64,000 nucleotides of DNA, taken from the NCBI GenBank assembly GCA_023394875.1, contig JAEXAB010000001.1:320588-384587 (forward strand). The letters run 5' to 3'. This stretch comes from Bacillota bacterium (GTDB lineage: Bacteria; Bacillota; Clostridia; Christensenellales; DTU072). Shown here piece by piece: positions 63,747 through 64,000 of the stretch. Under the pieces are notes generated by a model, which ran no database searches, was not told the DNA's origin, and worked only from the letters and a program-made list of their open reading frames with translations. Each line of letters opens with the position of its first letter. Position 1 is the stretch's first letter. The position numbers and the translations under genes are program-made.

Positions 63747-64000
63747 GTGAAAAGAGAAAACCGCACTTACAAAATAGTATTAATAGCCCTTTTTATAACG
63801 CTGATTACCGTTGGGTCTTTTATAAAAATCCCAACGCCATTAGTGCCTATTACCATGCAACTTGCTTTTTGTCTGCTTACAGGTGTAATCTTGGGCGGTA
63901 AAACTGGAGCTATAGCGGTCATTATATATGTTATTATGGGTCTTATCGGCTTACCCGTCTTTGCTTACGGCGGAGGTATTTATTATGTTTTCAAACCCAC
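63747..64000 (+). CDS. bioY: biotin transporter BioY (ECF S-component), N-terminal 84 codons; runs off the right edge
   Basis: My own translation from the GTG at 63747 (GGAAGA 6 nt upstream) gives VKRENRTYKIVLIALFITLITVGSFIKIPTPLVPITMQLAFCLLTGVILGGKTGAIAVIIYVIMGLIGLPVFAYGGGIYYVFKP. It matches the BioY pattern (P-x-V-P-I-T-x-Q...G..LG...G..S...Y...G..GLPVFA.G.GG). Confidence 0.75.
   Translation, partial: MKRENRTYKIVLIALFITLITVGSFIKIPTPLVPITMQLAFCLLTGVILGGKTGAIAVIIYVIMGLIGLPVFAYGGGIYYVFKP

Noticed and set aside
1-64000. A scan for CRISPR arrays, IS elements or transposases, integrases, prophage genes, rRNA, toxin-antitoxin pairs and known defence systems.
   Set aside because: I recognised none in any frame. 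The only short exact repeats are the 16-nt tandem at 253..284 and the 85-bp duplication at the tRNA.

Overview
This 64-kb window looks like a low-GC, anaerobic Bacillota/Clostridia-type chromosome. That is an inference from mrnC-rlmB synteny, glycyl-radical enzymes, an AOR gene, a tRNA with encoded CCA, and lipobox proteins. One gene dominates the window: an uninterrupted minus-strand ORF at 21816..55529 (33.7 kb, 11,237 aa, about 53% of the window). It starts with a textbook lipoprotein signal peptide. It then carries at least 14 very divergent copies of a ~300-325-aa unit that I cannot place in any family I know. Long aromatic-rich, probably alpha-helical insertions with a recurring [KR]-A-W-D motif interrupt the array. 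A carboxypeptidase-regulatory-like beta-sandwich and a ~3,000-aa Ig-like/beta-sandwich array follow. The gene has its own near-consensus promoter. It sits co-directionally between a 1,086-aa lipoprotein (Big_2 plus transglutaminase-like core) with a small beta-sandwich protein upstream, and a 587-aa MBG-domain membrane protein downstream. I treat 19997..59855 as the candidate novel giant surface-lipoprotein system. The left 11.5 kb holds a second item of interest. It is a GntR-controlled operon for an uncharacterised glycyl-radical 1,2-eliminase-type enzyme, its activase and a split-barrel flavoprotein-like gene. A sugar-type operon (TPP enzyme, Gfo/Idh/MocA dehydrogenase, RpiB-like isomerase, IclR, GPH symporter) and an AOR gene are transcribed divergently from it. 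The region 11.5-13.2 kb looks like a recombination scar: an OsmC-like gene fragment, tRNA-Arg(CCT) with an 85-bp perfect duplication of its 3' end plus terminator, and a short GRE-activase-like ORF. The region 13.3-19.9 kb is a glycerol-3-phosphate-dehydrogenase-like, FGGY kinase and FAD-oxidase operon. The right end is housekeeping (mrnC, rlmB, a 2Fe-2S/ASKHA-like protein, a flavin oxidoreductase, bioY). Four genes have TATAAT-like boxes only 6-9 nt from the start codon and no Shine-Dalgarno, which suggests leaderless mRNAs. I found no CRISPR array, IS element, integrase or rRNA. All family calls come from reading motifs by eye, with no database search.
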